DNA from: Octopus bimaculoides
Lineage: Eukaryota
NCBI RefSeq assembly: GCF_001194135.2
Contig: NC_068996.1
Span: 46,293,825 to 46,329,878, forward strand
Direction: 5' to 3'
DNA: 36,054 bases
Shown: positions 23,705 through 34,296 of the stretch, piece by piece
How the letters are laid out: every line of letters starts with the position of its first letter
Numbering within the stretch: the first letter of the stretch is position 1
Notes under the pieces: model-generated
Databases searched by the model: none
What the model was told of the DNA's origin: nothing
The model's input: the letters and a program-made list of their open reading frames with translations, nothing else
Program-made: the position numbers and the translations under genes

Positions 23705-24710
23705 GTTGTTGTTTTTTTTTCTTCTTCCTTCAAATTTTCTTCCATTTCTTGCCGAGTGTTTTCCATACACCTAGGGCAGAGAAACTCGTTGTATGCATTC
23801 CCAGTTTACACACACAAATTCACAGGTAAAATATGTAGTTAAAAAAAAAAAAAAATTCATGAATGGATGTTGTTTCCACAGCGATAATGCTCTTCTCAGT
23901 ACATGAGTCGTTCCAGTTAGCATGATTTTTGTACTTCCTGTAGGGATGGTAAGCCTGGTATCATTTTCAAATAGGTTTCAGTGCCTCTTTTTATCATTCC
24001 TAGAGATCCTACAATCACTGGTATGGTAGTCGCCTTGAGGTGCCACATTTTTTCAATTTCTATTAGCAAGTATTTATATTTACTGATCTTGTCAAATTCT
24101 TTCGCCGCTATATTATGATCACAGGGAATACTCNNNNNNNNNNNNNNNNNNNNNNNNNNNNNNNNNNNNNNNNNNNNNNNNNNNNNNNNNNNNNNNNNNN
24201 NNNNNNNNNNNNNNNNNNNNNNNNNNNNNNNNNNNNNNNNNNNNNNNNNNNNNNNNNNNNNNNNNNNNNNNNNNNNNNNNNNNNNNNNNNNNNNNNNNNN
24301 TTATAATGCCGACATATTGTCCAGTGTAAATACTGGCCAACTCTGTCATGTCTTGCTTTATATTCTACAGGTGCTAAAACTCTACACCCTGAGATTAGGT
24401 GGTCTATAGTTTCAATCACATCGTTACAGAATCGGCATTTTGGGTCAGCTCCATTTTTTATCACATTGGCTTGGTAGTTCCGGGTTAATAAGTTTTGGTC
24501 TTGAGCAGCCAATATGAAACCTTCACTCTCTGCTTTTAGCCCTGAGCTTCGTAACCATTGATGCGTGCGTTTCTGGTCGACATCAGCTTGTTTGCTACAA
24601 ACCACATACTTGCCATGCAGACGTTTCTGTTCCCATCTGCTAGCTTTCATGTGCTTTTGTCATTGCAATTAATTTTATTTTCTTTGCAGCAGCAGTTGGC
24701 ACATTTCCTA
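23705..24710 (-). pseudogene. 5'-truncated R4/Dong-type non-LTR retrotransposon (zinc knuckle, RLE endonuclease, 3' UTR)
   Basis: LHGKY...QWLRSSGLKAESEGFILAAQDQ...CRFC....ETIDHLISGC (CCHC knuckle). After the gap: SIPCDHNIAAKEFDKISKY...TIPVIVGSLG, then a frameshift to IMLTGTTHVLRRALS. Both ends abut (TAT)n. Confidence 0.85.
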
Positions 24711-24753
<43 letters not shown>

Positions 24754-25088
24754 TATTATTATTATTCTGACAGCAGCAAGCTGGCAGAGTTGTATGTTGG
24801 GACAAAATGTTTAGCAACATTTCTTCCAACTCTTTACATTCTGAGTTCAATTCCCACTGAGGTCAGCTTTGCCTTTCATTTTAAGGGTCAATAAAGTAAA
24901 ATGAGAACTGAGATCAATGATATCAATTGGATATCAATTAATATTAATGGAAAAATCCAGTGAAATCTGTGAAAATAGAGTCAGTATATCTAGTGGTAAT
25001 CCGGGAGGAGTACTGGTATGTAGATGAAGATATGCAAGTAAGAAGTTCTGTCAGGATCAAAGTGGGGTGACCATGTGAGCGTATAATG

Positions 25089-25265
25089 TATAGTTGAAAT
25101 TTATAGAAAAACAAGACGAAGACAGGTGTATGAATAATAAGCAGGTGTATTAGTTTGACGCTCGGGGAAAAATGAAAAAGCTTTTTTATGTTTCGAGCTT
25201 ATGCTCCTCAACAGAAAGGAATAAGAGAAAATAAACAGAGAGAGAATAAAATAACTTGTAGATTT
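25089..25265 (-). repeat. Direct repeat 1 (pLTR-like) containing variant HHR core at ~25182-25219
   Basis: Roughly 90% identical (by eye) to 25864-26036. Minus strand reads CTGTTGA-G-GAGC-ATAA-GCTC-GAAA-C-ATA. Confidence 0.7.
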
Positions 25266-25460
25266 CAGTGATCTAGTGCATGGGAAATGATTGGAAAAAA
25301 AGAGGTTACCCCAGCTTGGCCTTGACCAAACTTCCTATTCTTTGGACTTGCACATCTGTACCATTTCCCAAACTTTCAGCACCTCTCTTCATCTACATAC
25401 CAGCACCCTACCTGGTTTACCACTGGATCTACTCACTTTGCCTTCATGGATTCCACTGGA

Positions 25461-25466
<6 letters not shown>

Positions 25467-25526
<60 letters not shown>

Positions 25527-25693
25527 NNNNNNNNNNNNNNNNNNNNNNNNNNNNNNNNNNNNNNNNNNNNNNNNNNNNNNNNNNNNNNNNNNNNNNNNNN
25601 NNNNNNNNNNNNNNNNNNNNNNNNNNNNNNNNNNNNNNNNNNNNNNNNNNNNNNNNNNNNNNNNNNNNNNNNNNNNNNNNNNNNNNNNNNNNN

Positions 25694-25767
<74 letters not shown>
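25467..25767. repeat. (GA)n microsatellite spanning an N-gap
   Basis: Directly visible. Confidence 0.95.
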
Positions 25768-25863
25768 TTGAAAACTATTAGTTCTAAATCTGAATGAGAA
25801 ATAGCAGCAACATTTGTCCTAACCAGGACTGCCACTTTATGTTGGCAAATAAACTTTACTCTA

Positions 25864-26036
25864 TATAGTTGAAATTTATAGAAAAACAAGACAGGTGTAT
25901 GAACAAAAAGCAGGTGTATTAGTTTGACGCTTGGGAAAAATGAAAAAGTGTTTTATGTTTCGAGCTTATGCTCTTCAACAGAAAAGAATAAGAGAAAATA
26001 AACAGAGACAGAATGAAAAAAAAAACTTGTAGATTT
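25864..26036 (-). repeat. Direct repeat 2 (pLTR-like) containing variant HHR core at ~25951-25985
   Basis: Minus strand reads CTGTTGA-A-GAGC-ATAA-GCTC-GAAA-C-ATA. Starts at the same TATAGTTGAAATTT boundary as repeat 1. Confidence 0.7.
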
Positions 26037-27433
26037 AGCAGTCAAGCATGTCTTCTTCCTCCTCCTAAAATTGCTGATCTTGTGCTAAAATTTGAAAGAA
26101 TTATTATTCTCTACCTGTTAGTACCTACTTTTCCCCAAGCTTCCCTCCAACTCATTTTTTTTTGAGCACCACTCTACCATTCACCCCTCAATCTTACCCA
26201 ATCTCAAATCTTCATCTGCTCTCCTACGCCTTTCCATACACCCGTCCTGTTCTGCTCCCAGGGCTCACCCAACACCTTGTCATCACCACCTCTATCTCTC
26301 TTTCCAGTTCCACCCCTATTACTCCTACTACACTTCTTTAAAATTCAACCTACCATGTAACTTTCCTTCAGCAAGAAAACATTTCTGGCCCTTCCTTCAC
26401 ATGTCGACCTTTCATCACCTTACATAAAGCTACTTCCCTCTCTGTTATAGTATTACTCAGTCAAAGGGTATCTTAGTCTTGTGAGATACACGGCAACCTC
26501 ACTAATGCTGGTGCCACAGAAAAAGCATGCAGGGCACTCTGTCTGTAAAGTGATTGGTCTTAGAAAGGGCATCTAGTTGCAAAAAACATACCCAAAGTAG
26601 ACATTGGAGCTACTAGATCCTGTCAAACTATCCAACCCATGCCAGCATAGAAGACAGGCACTAAATGACGATGATATATATTTATGCATGTGTGTCTGTG
26701 TGTGAATGAATATTACATACACATACACACACATGTCTGTGTGTGCTCATTGATGTATATTATATATATGCAATTCTTTGCTAAGTACGGTATGAATGAG
26801 TAGCATTTACAGGTTTTAAAATGTAAGCATAAGTACACATTTGTGCATGCATACACACACAGTTTTTAACTAGTAACAACCATACTTCATACAACTGATT
26901 AGTTATGGTAGCACCTCTTACGTAAGTACTACATTGTAAGCATTGATCTATAATACCAAATTAGCTCCAATTGAACAGTTTTTATTATTAAAGACCTTCC
27001 ACTGTGACAATCCCATCACATGGCACACACACACATACACACACCAAAGTATGCAACTCAAAGAGAAAAGCTTTAGAATACCTCACCCATATCTGATATG
27101 ACATTGCAGCAACACAAAAAAGAAAAAAGACATTCTAGATTATGTCCAATAGGAAACCATTGAACTGGTTGGCAAAAACTTATCAACCAGCTTCTATGTA
27201 TGAAAGCATGATAAACCAATATGCATCTGCTCCTGAATCTGTTGGTCATAAGTGGCCCTAGCTTTTACATCTGTAGGTAGCTTATGGCAAGTTGAAATAA
27301 CTGCAATCTCTTACATAATTTATATAATCTGGCTGATTTTTCCAGATTACCAATGTCCTGGTGATTAGTGTATGTAATTTGAAAGGAATTGATTCTCCTG
27401 TATAACCATCTCAGAAATCTCTTATAAAAAATA

Positions 27434-28880
27434 GGTATGATGCCTATGTATGAACAGCTAAGCTACATGGCAGTGAGACATGGGTTGTGACTACTGAGGA
27501 TATGCGAAGGCCTGAAAGAAATGAATGCTGGAGGGGAGCATGTATGACAGAATGTAAATGACTTAAGAAAAAAGCTGGGAATACGAAGCATCAGATGACC
27601 ATACACTGGTATGGTCATATAATGTGTATGAATGAAGACAGTTGTATCAAGAGGTGCCAATCTTTAATTGTGGAAGAGGTAGACCCAGAAAGACATGGAA
27701 TTAAGTGGTGAGAAAGGATCTACAGACATGGGGACTCACAGAGGGGACGACAGGGGACAGAGACACCTGGCAGTTTACTGAGCTTGAAAAGACATTTCAA
27801 GCTAAGTAAAAGCATGCTTGTCCTTGCTTACAGGCTTGTCTCCTGGAAGCCTCTCCAACTGATCATTCCTAATATTGTGAGCTTGTAGGTGGTGATGGTA
27901 CCATATTAAAAGCACCTATACTGGTGCCATGTAAATGCATCCATGCCAGTGCTGCATAAAAGCACCCAGCACATTCTGTAAAGTGGTTGATGTTAGGAAG
28001 GGCTATTAATGACTTGTAGGGACTTGCGTCTAGAAACTGAGGTTAGGGGTAAGCAAGGGTATGCTCCCCCTAGAAAATCCTGCTCCCAAAAAGGCCTCAT
28101 GATAGCAAAGGAGAACGGGCACCAGCCAACCCAAAGGTTGGGGTGGGCTGCACCTGCCTACCTCAGTTGCTACGGTACTGAAGTAGATCCAGCCACCCCA
28201 CATTAACGGGGACAAAACCCGGATTTAAAACACAGGATGATGATGATGAGGGACCTGGTATTTCGTTATGCAACCATAATATACTATAAGGTATATTAGA
28301 GATTTCTTTTTATAAATCAATATTGTGTTCTACTATGTTAGCAGTGTATTTTACATCACTTTTTATAACCAGCAATGATTTTTGTTACGATGTTTAGTAT
28401 CCGAGGATACGAAATGTCGTAACAAGAATCAGTGATGGCTATAATTTCTATAGAATATCTGTAGAGATAACCTTGACAAGTTAAGAAGAGTATCCAGCCA
28501 TACAAACCATGCTAAAACAGACATGGAGCTTAAGCAGTAGTTCTTCAGCTGATCAGTTCCTGTTAAGCTGTCTAACCCATGCCAGCATGGGAAACAGACT
28601 GATGACGATGGTGATGATGGTGACGATGATGATGATGGTGGTGGTGGTGGTGGTGGTGGTGGTGGTGGTGATGGTGGGGGGTGATGATGATGATGGTGGT
28701 TATGATGGTGGTGATGATGATGATGGTGATGGTGATGATGATGATGATGGTGGTGATGATGGTAGTGATGGTGATGATAATGATGATGACGACGATGGTG
28801 GTGATGATGATGATGATGATGATGGTGATGGTGGTGATGATGGTGGTGATGATGATGGTAATGATGATGATGATGAGGCT
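27434..28880 (+). pseudogene. 5'-truncated RTE-clade LINE (ORF C-terminus plus interrupted 3' UTR and expanded GAT/GGT tail)
   Basis: Frame-broken YDA.V.TA.LHGSETW, LRKKLGIRSIR, WYGHIMCMNEDSCIKRC, GRPRKTW..VVRKDL. The UTR carries the GTGGTTG..TTAGGAAGGGC motif and CCCATGCCAGCATGG of the dispersed tail family. Confidence 0.75.
28590..28880. repeat. Long compound (GAT)n/(GGT)n trinucleotide repeat
   Basis: Directly visible. It is the source of the poly-H, poly-D and poly-M pseudo-ORFs. Confidence 0.95.
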
Positions 28881-29650
28881 GACTAAACCTGCAAGGTTGA
28901 AGCTGAAACATCAATGATGCAAATGGCTACAAACAGATGCGTACTCTTTTCCCTCGACTATTTCCCCCCACTGCTATGATAGTTTTTGCTCACGGAAGTT
29001 AACTAGACGCCTGCACCACATTGACTAAACACACCCATCTCACTTCCTCTTCCAGCTTTTATCGCTCAATCTGTCTCCCCTAACACTGCCCCCGCCATGT
29101 CTCACACTAACAGTTAGTCACTATATTTAATCCTTCTTCCCCACCTGTAACACCAACTATTAGTAATTCCTTGTTCAGCCATGCTTTACACACTGCAGAC
29201 ATTCACTTGTAGTTGTTTAAAATTAAACATCAACTGCATCAGTTCATCCAGTCTTGGTGAACCTGTAGAACGTCATAGGCAGGGCTGGGTTAAGACCCAT
29301 TGAGGCCCTAAGCACTTAATAGATTTTGGTGCCCCCATAAAAGATTATGTAATTCAAAATATAAGAAATAACAAACCATAAAATAAATTTTCATTTTTCA
29401 AAACGAAACAAAACAGTAAGAGGGAAAATAATGTTTATTTTTGTATAATTCCAATTTATTTATATTTGAAAAGTTTCCCCCTACTTTTTTGAATTGCAAA
29501 GTCTTTGATCCGATCCTCAAAATTAATCTTAGTTAACACATCTGCATCTATACTTAGTAGAGACAAAGGCATCCTGAATATTATTTTAGGAAGTGTAAAG
29601 TGATTTCTTTCGTGCCGTAAACCATTTACCATTTCTGCGGTGCCCCTCTC

Positions 29651-30299
29651 GGATCTTTTTTAAAACGGGGGCCACATTTTTCATTAATGTTTTACGTAGT
29701 GTTTTTGGTACAGAAAGACTTTCAAACTTCGTATACTTATCTATTTTGTGTTATAGAACAGAAAAATATTTTTGTATTCGAATTTATTTCATGTAAAAAA
29801 TTGTCTTATTTCGATAATTTCAACCAATCACTGACAAGTATTCAGTTGTTTNNNNNNNNNNNNNNNNNNNNNNNNNNNNNNNNNNNNNNNNNNNNNNNNN
29901 NNNNNNNNNNNNNNNNNNNNNNNNNNNNNNNNNNNNNNNNNNNNNNNNNNNNNNNNNNNNNNNNNNNNNNNNNNNNNNNNNNNNNNNNNNNNNNNNNNNN
30001 NNNNTTCATTTTAAATTTGCTTTAACCCTAACCCTAACCCTAGGGTTAGGGTTAGGGTTAATTGTTTCAGAATCGTTTGTTTATGTAGTCGGCACTTAAT
30101 GTATATCGGCTGAATGGACGTCAGTGATTGGTTGAAATTACAGAAATACGACAACTTTAACATGGAATAATTTATGGATTTCTTTTTTTTTTAAGAAGAC
30201 TAAGAGAAAAAGATGTTTTATATGATACATTCTACCAGTGTTCCAAGTTTCAAAGTGTTTCGTTAATGAAAAATGTGGCCCCCGTTTTAAAAAAGATCC
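29651..30299. mobile_element. Nested MITE with 37-bp perfect TIRs (Mutator-like by TSD length)
   Basis: TIR GGATCTTTTTTAAAACGGGGGCCACATTTTTCATTAA at 29651-29687 and 30263-30299. Flanks GCCCCTCTC / CCCCCTCTC match at 8/9. Internal 18-bp IR at 29818-29835 / 30120-30137. Confidence 0.75.
30023..30060. repeat. 38-bp perfect palindrome of telomeric hexamers, (TAACCC)3-TA-(GGGTTA)3
   Basis: Directly visible. Confidence 0.95.
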
Positions 30300-31087
30300 C
30301 CCCCTCTCTCCTTCCCTTGATGCCCTAAGCATGTGCTTATTTTGGTTAATGGTTAATCCAGTGCTGGTCATAGGTGCAGCCCCTTTTGTTTGACTAAAGT
30401 ATAAAATATACGCGAAGATTGAAGCAGACCATCACATGCATACAAGCACAGAGATAAGACAGACCACATAGACAAAGCGACAGGTTTACATTGTTGTAGG
30501 TAACAAAAAAACATAGCTAATGTATGCAGAGTTAGACTCAAAGAGAAGGAAGAGTTATAGAAGAGCACACAGATACATACAGAGACTATTTGAGAAAAGG
30601 TAGAAACACACATTCGACAATCAACAACTACCTTTATATAGATTGTGTGTAAGGTAGTGACTGTCTTATACATTGAGAAATAAAAACTAGAAAATACTTG
30701 TTGTGGCAATGAAATAACAAAAATAATTCAGAAAGGTGGAAAAGAATGTCAACAACCAATACAGTAGAATCAACATTTAGATAACATTATCAGGGCTAAT
30801 GGGAATAATTAGTTCACTTAAGGAACTGCACTTTAAGGAAAAACTGATTCAAATAGAGAGATGGTCTTCATTTTAAATTCTTAATTCCTTACCCAGCAAC
30901 GATGAGTTAACTTGTCTTCACCCAATTTGACTTTTTCAGAGTGCGATGACAAAGCTTGTTCAATACATATAATTTCAAAAGCAGCCACAGAAGAGTTTAA
31001 ACATCAATTCTCGGCATTTCTCATTTATTTATTTTTTTTTTACAAATTACGTTATGAAAATTGAGGTAAAAAATAAATATAGATGCA

Positions 31088-31231
31088 AGAGTGGCTGTGT
31101 GATAAGTAGTTTGGTAACCAACCACATGGTTCTGGGTTCAGTCCCACTGCATGGCACCTTGGGCATGTGTCTTCTACTATAGCCTCGGGCCGACCAAAGC
31201 CTTGTGAGTGGATTTGGAAGACAGAAGCTCG

Positions 31232-31302
<71 letters not shown>

Positions 31303-31512
31303 TGTATGTATGTATGTGTGTATGTTTGTGTGTATGTTTGTGTGTGTGTCTGTGTTTGTCTCCCCAACATCACTTGACAACCGATGTTGGTGTGTAACTT
31401 AGCGGTTCGGCAAAAGTGACCCATAGAATAAGTACTAGGCTTACAAAGAATAAGTTCTGGGGTCAATTGCCCCAGCATGGCCGTAGTCAAATGACTGAAA
31501 CAAGTAAAAGAG
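31088..31512 (+). mobile_element. CORE-type (OR2-like) SINE, near full length
   Basis: tRNA-like head, GGCACCTTGGGCA CORE-like segment, central TA/TATG/TG microsatellite, and the 3' end GACTGAAACAAGTAAAAGAG. Confidence 0.8.
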
Positions 31513-33083
31513 TATATGAAAAGATTTTTGAGAAGACATGCTAAAATAAAATTAAAAAAGAGTAAAATAAATGCATAATTCCCCTTTACTTTTGATGATA
31601 AAGTTGGGGGAAAAAAAGCAATAAATAAAAAAATATTTAAAAAATATGGAAAGACAAGTTAGCATGGAAAGACAAGTTAGCATGGAAAGCGGACATTGAA
31701 CGATGATGATGATATACATGCATAACATTGCCAAATAAAATAGTTCAGTTCTAGTTAGTTGCTCATACTATACAGGACTCAACTTTAATACACATTAGAG
31801 TACACCTCACTTGTATGGCATGTTGCTTTATACAAATATACAAAAATATCAATTATAGACTTCATCCTAATGAAAGCCATTCAGATTATTGGCAAATATT
31901 CATCATTTGCCAACAATCTATCTTCTCCCTCTCATTCTACCCATCCCCTATCCCACACACCATCTGTGAATACAATATCTTCTGCTTCTCTGAAATGGCC
32001 AACTCAATGCAATAATGACCTCCAACTGGTCCACTGTATCTACCACAGACTAAACACTTCATACAATAATTTTTCTCCTGGTCTGCAACTCCCAGCAATC
32101 CAATATCCTTCCCTTTCATGTTTTTCTCTTCTTTTACTTCAGTCTACAACTTAGCTGTGTCGTAAGAAGCTTGCTTCCCAACCACATGAATCGAGGTTCA
32201 GTCATACTGCATGGCACCTTAGTTAAGTGTCTTCTACAACTGCCTCAAGCCAACCAAAACCTTGTGAGTGGATTTGGTAGATGGAAACTGAAAGAACCCC
32301 ATCATGTATACATATCTAAAATTGACCCTCTTGAACTAGGACAACAATGCAGATACAATACAAAAAAAGAAAATTTTAAATTATAATAATGGGGGGAATA
32401 TTAATGTAAATAGGAAATTCTATAAAAAAAAACAGCATGGAAACAGGATATTATTTGGTTTACCCACTCCCATTTTCCTTACAGGTTAAAAACCTCCCCT
32501 AGTTATTCTTTAAATTAACTGAGAACAATTTTCCTTCAATATATAGGTACCACTCTATTTTTAAGAAATCAACTCTAAAATTTTCTTACTCCTCAACATC
32601 AAACCTCAGATCGATTACTGCCACAAATAATAGGTAGAAAATATGAAATTTGACAAATACTAATAGTAACAAAGGAAATAATAATAAAGAAATGGGTGGT
32701 CCTGTGAAAAAAATGTTGCGATTGTCGCTCCTAAAATAATTATCCACTAGATGGTCAGTGTCTACGCAACAATGTAGTATATGAATGTGAAGTGAATACT
32801 TTAAATGATGTTAATAAAATATACATTGGAAGTACTACAAATTTTAAGATTAGATATGGGCACATATGAATTCGTTTGTTAGCAAGAATATGAAAAATTC
32901 AACCGCTCTGACCATATATAAATAAATTAAAAAATAGAAATAGGATATACTCCCTAAAATGATCTACCATGGGGGAGTATACACCATATAACACCCATAC
33001 AAAAACTTGTAGACTTTGTTTGAAAGAAGCCATAAATATATTAAGAACAAATTAAAAAATCATTGCTGAATAAGATATCTGAG

Positions 33084-33207
33084 TAATACAGTTCTATATT
33101 TAAGAGATGAGGAATTATGTACATCATTTCCATTATTTACATTTGGTGTGGTGGTTAAGAGTGCGGGCTGCTAACCCCAAGATTCCGAGTTCGATTCTAG
33201 GCAGTGA

Positions 33208-33248
<41 letters not shown>

Positions 33249-33384
33249 TTGAAAAATACCTTAGGAATGAGAACCCAGGTTTGAAATTTCCCCAAGACAC
33301 CTGATGAAGGCTGGAGGGTATATCAGCCGAAATGTGTTAACAACAAACAAAATGAGGACAAATATCCATCAAATGTAAATAATG
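33084..33384 (+). mobile_element. tRNA-headed, hammerhead-bearing non-autonomous retroelement (copy 2)
   Basis: 12-bp TSD AAGATATCTGAG (33072-33083 / 33385-33396). ~60-bp inverted 3'-end fragment at the 5' side, tRNA-like head, (AAT)n, and GACAC-CTGATGA-A-GGCTG-loop-CAGCC-GAAA at 33296-33332. Confidence 0.85.
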
Positions 33385-33765
33385 AAGATATCTGAGGTTT
33401 TGAATTCATGTCGGCACAAGTTACTACCAACTTTCAAATTTTTTAGAAAAAAAAAAAAATTTTTTTTAAATTTTATAAAATAAAATGTTTTAAAATGCTG
33501 AGTTCTCCAATATAGACCTCGACTCATCCTTATTTAGGATATAATTTAGTATAGGTATAAATATAATCTTGTATTCCTAGTAAGACATGAAAATTTATTT
33601 TATACACACCGGACTGCTTGGAATTTTCATTTTTATTTTTTTCCTTTATACTCATTTACAACTCTTTCACCTTTTTTATATTTATTACCAAGATCACACA
33701 GTTGTATGGAAAACTCTTTTTAGAAAAAATTTAAACATTTTAAAAAGCTAAATTTTTAAAAATTC

Positions 33766-33847
33766 TATCTCTGATGAAGGAAATGCAGCCACCAGAGTCA
33801 AAAGAATAACCTTCTGTTTTGTATATTCCCTGAAGAATCATAAGATA
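33766..33847 (+). ncRNA. Degenerate type I hammerhead motif in the PLE 3' region
   Basis: TATCT-CTGATGA(33771-33777)-AGGAA...TTCC-CT-GAAG...TA-AGATA. Stem I gives 5 bp, but GAAA reads GAAG and stem III is lost. Confidence 0.4.
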
Positions 33848-34296
33848 TCTCACTTCATTATACTTTTATTTCATTCGTGAACTGCGTTATTTTATTTCAT
33901 TCGAGGACAATTTTAAATTGCCTTACTCCATTTAATTTTACTTCATACAAGGACTATTGTAAATCTTTTAAACATCTCACCTGCTCGTGATTTCAATTTA
34001 ATCTATTTTATCTGATGTAATTTTCTGTTTATGTATTGAGATTGCCCAACCTTGAGATTATAATAAAAAATATATATGTATATATTTGATTGTATTCCCA
34101 ATTTTAATTTGTATTGGCTGGACTAAGAGGATGATAAACTAATCTGTCTTCTCTCCCTCCTTTAACTTTGATATTTGCTGAATATATTGAGCCCTCCATG
34201 TTATTTCATGGAAAGAGTTACTCTCTTTTATTATAACACACACACACACATATATATATACACGCACATACACACACGCATAAATATATATATACA

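Larger units (their letters stand above)
29280..30366 (-). mobile_element. Non-autonomous hAT element retaining a transposase C-terminal remnant
   Basis: Perfect 8-bp TSD GTCATAGG (29272-29279 / 30367-30374). TIRs CAGGGCTGGGTTAA vs CAGCACTGGATTAA. Minus-strand LSLLSIDADVLTKINFEDRIKDFAIQKSR at ~29480-29570. Confidence 0.8.
32400..34100 (+). pseudogene. Decayed 5'-truncated Penelope-like element (RT C-terminal region, GIY-YIG endonuclease, AT-rich 3' region); boundaries approximate
   Basis: Frame-broken IIWF, FFKL..NNFP...HSIF..STLKFSYS, CDCRS...PLDGQCLRNNVVYECEV...KIYIGSTTNFKIRY, PYN..TKTCRLCLKE, and LLNKISEVLNSCRHK after removing the 33084-33384 insert. Confidence 0.8.

Noticed and set aside
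28429-28917. Poly-His, poly-Asp and poly-Met ORFs
   Set aside because: They are translations of the (GAT/GGT)n tail of an RTE element.
30023-30060. Telomere fusion scar
   Set aside because: The orientation is opposite to a fusion, there are only three units per side, and it lies inside a MITE.
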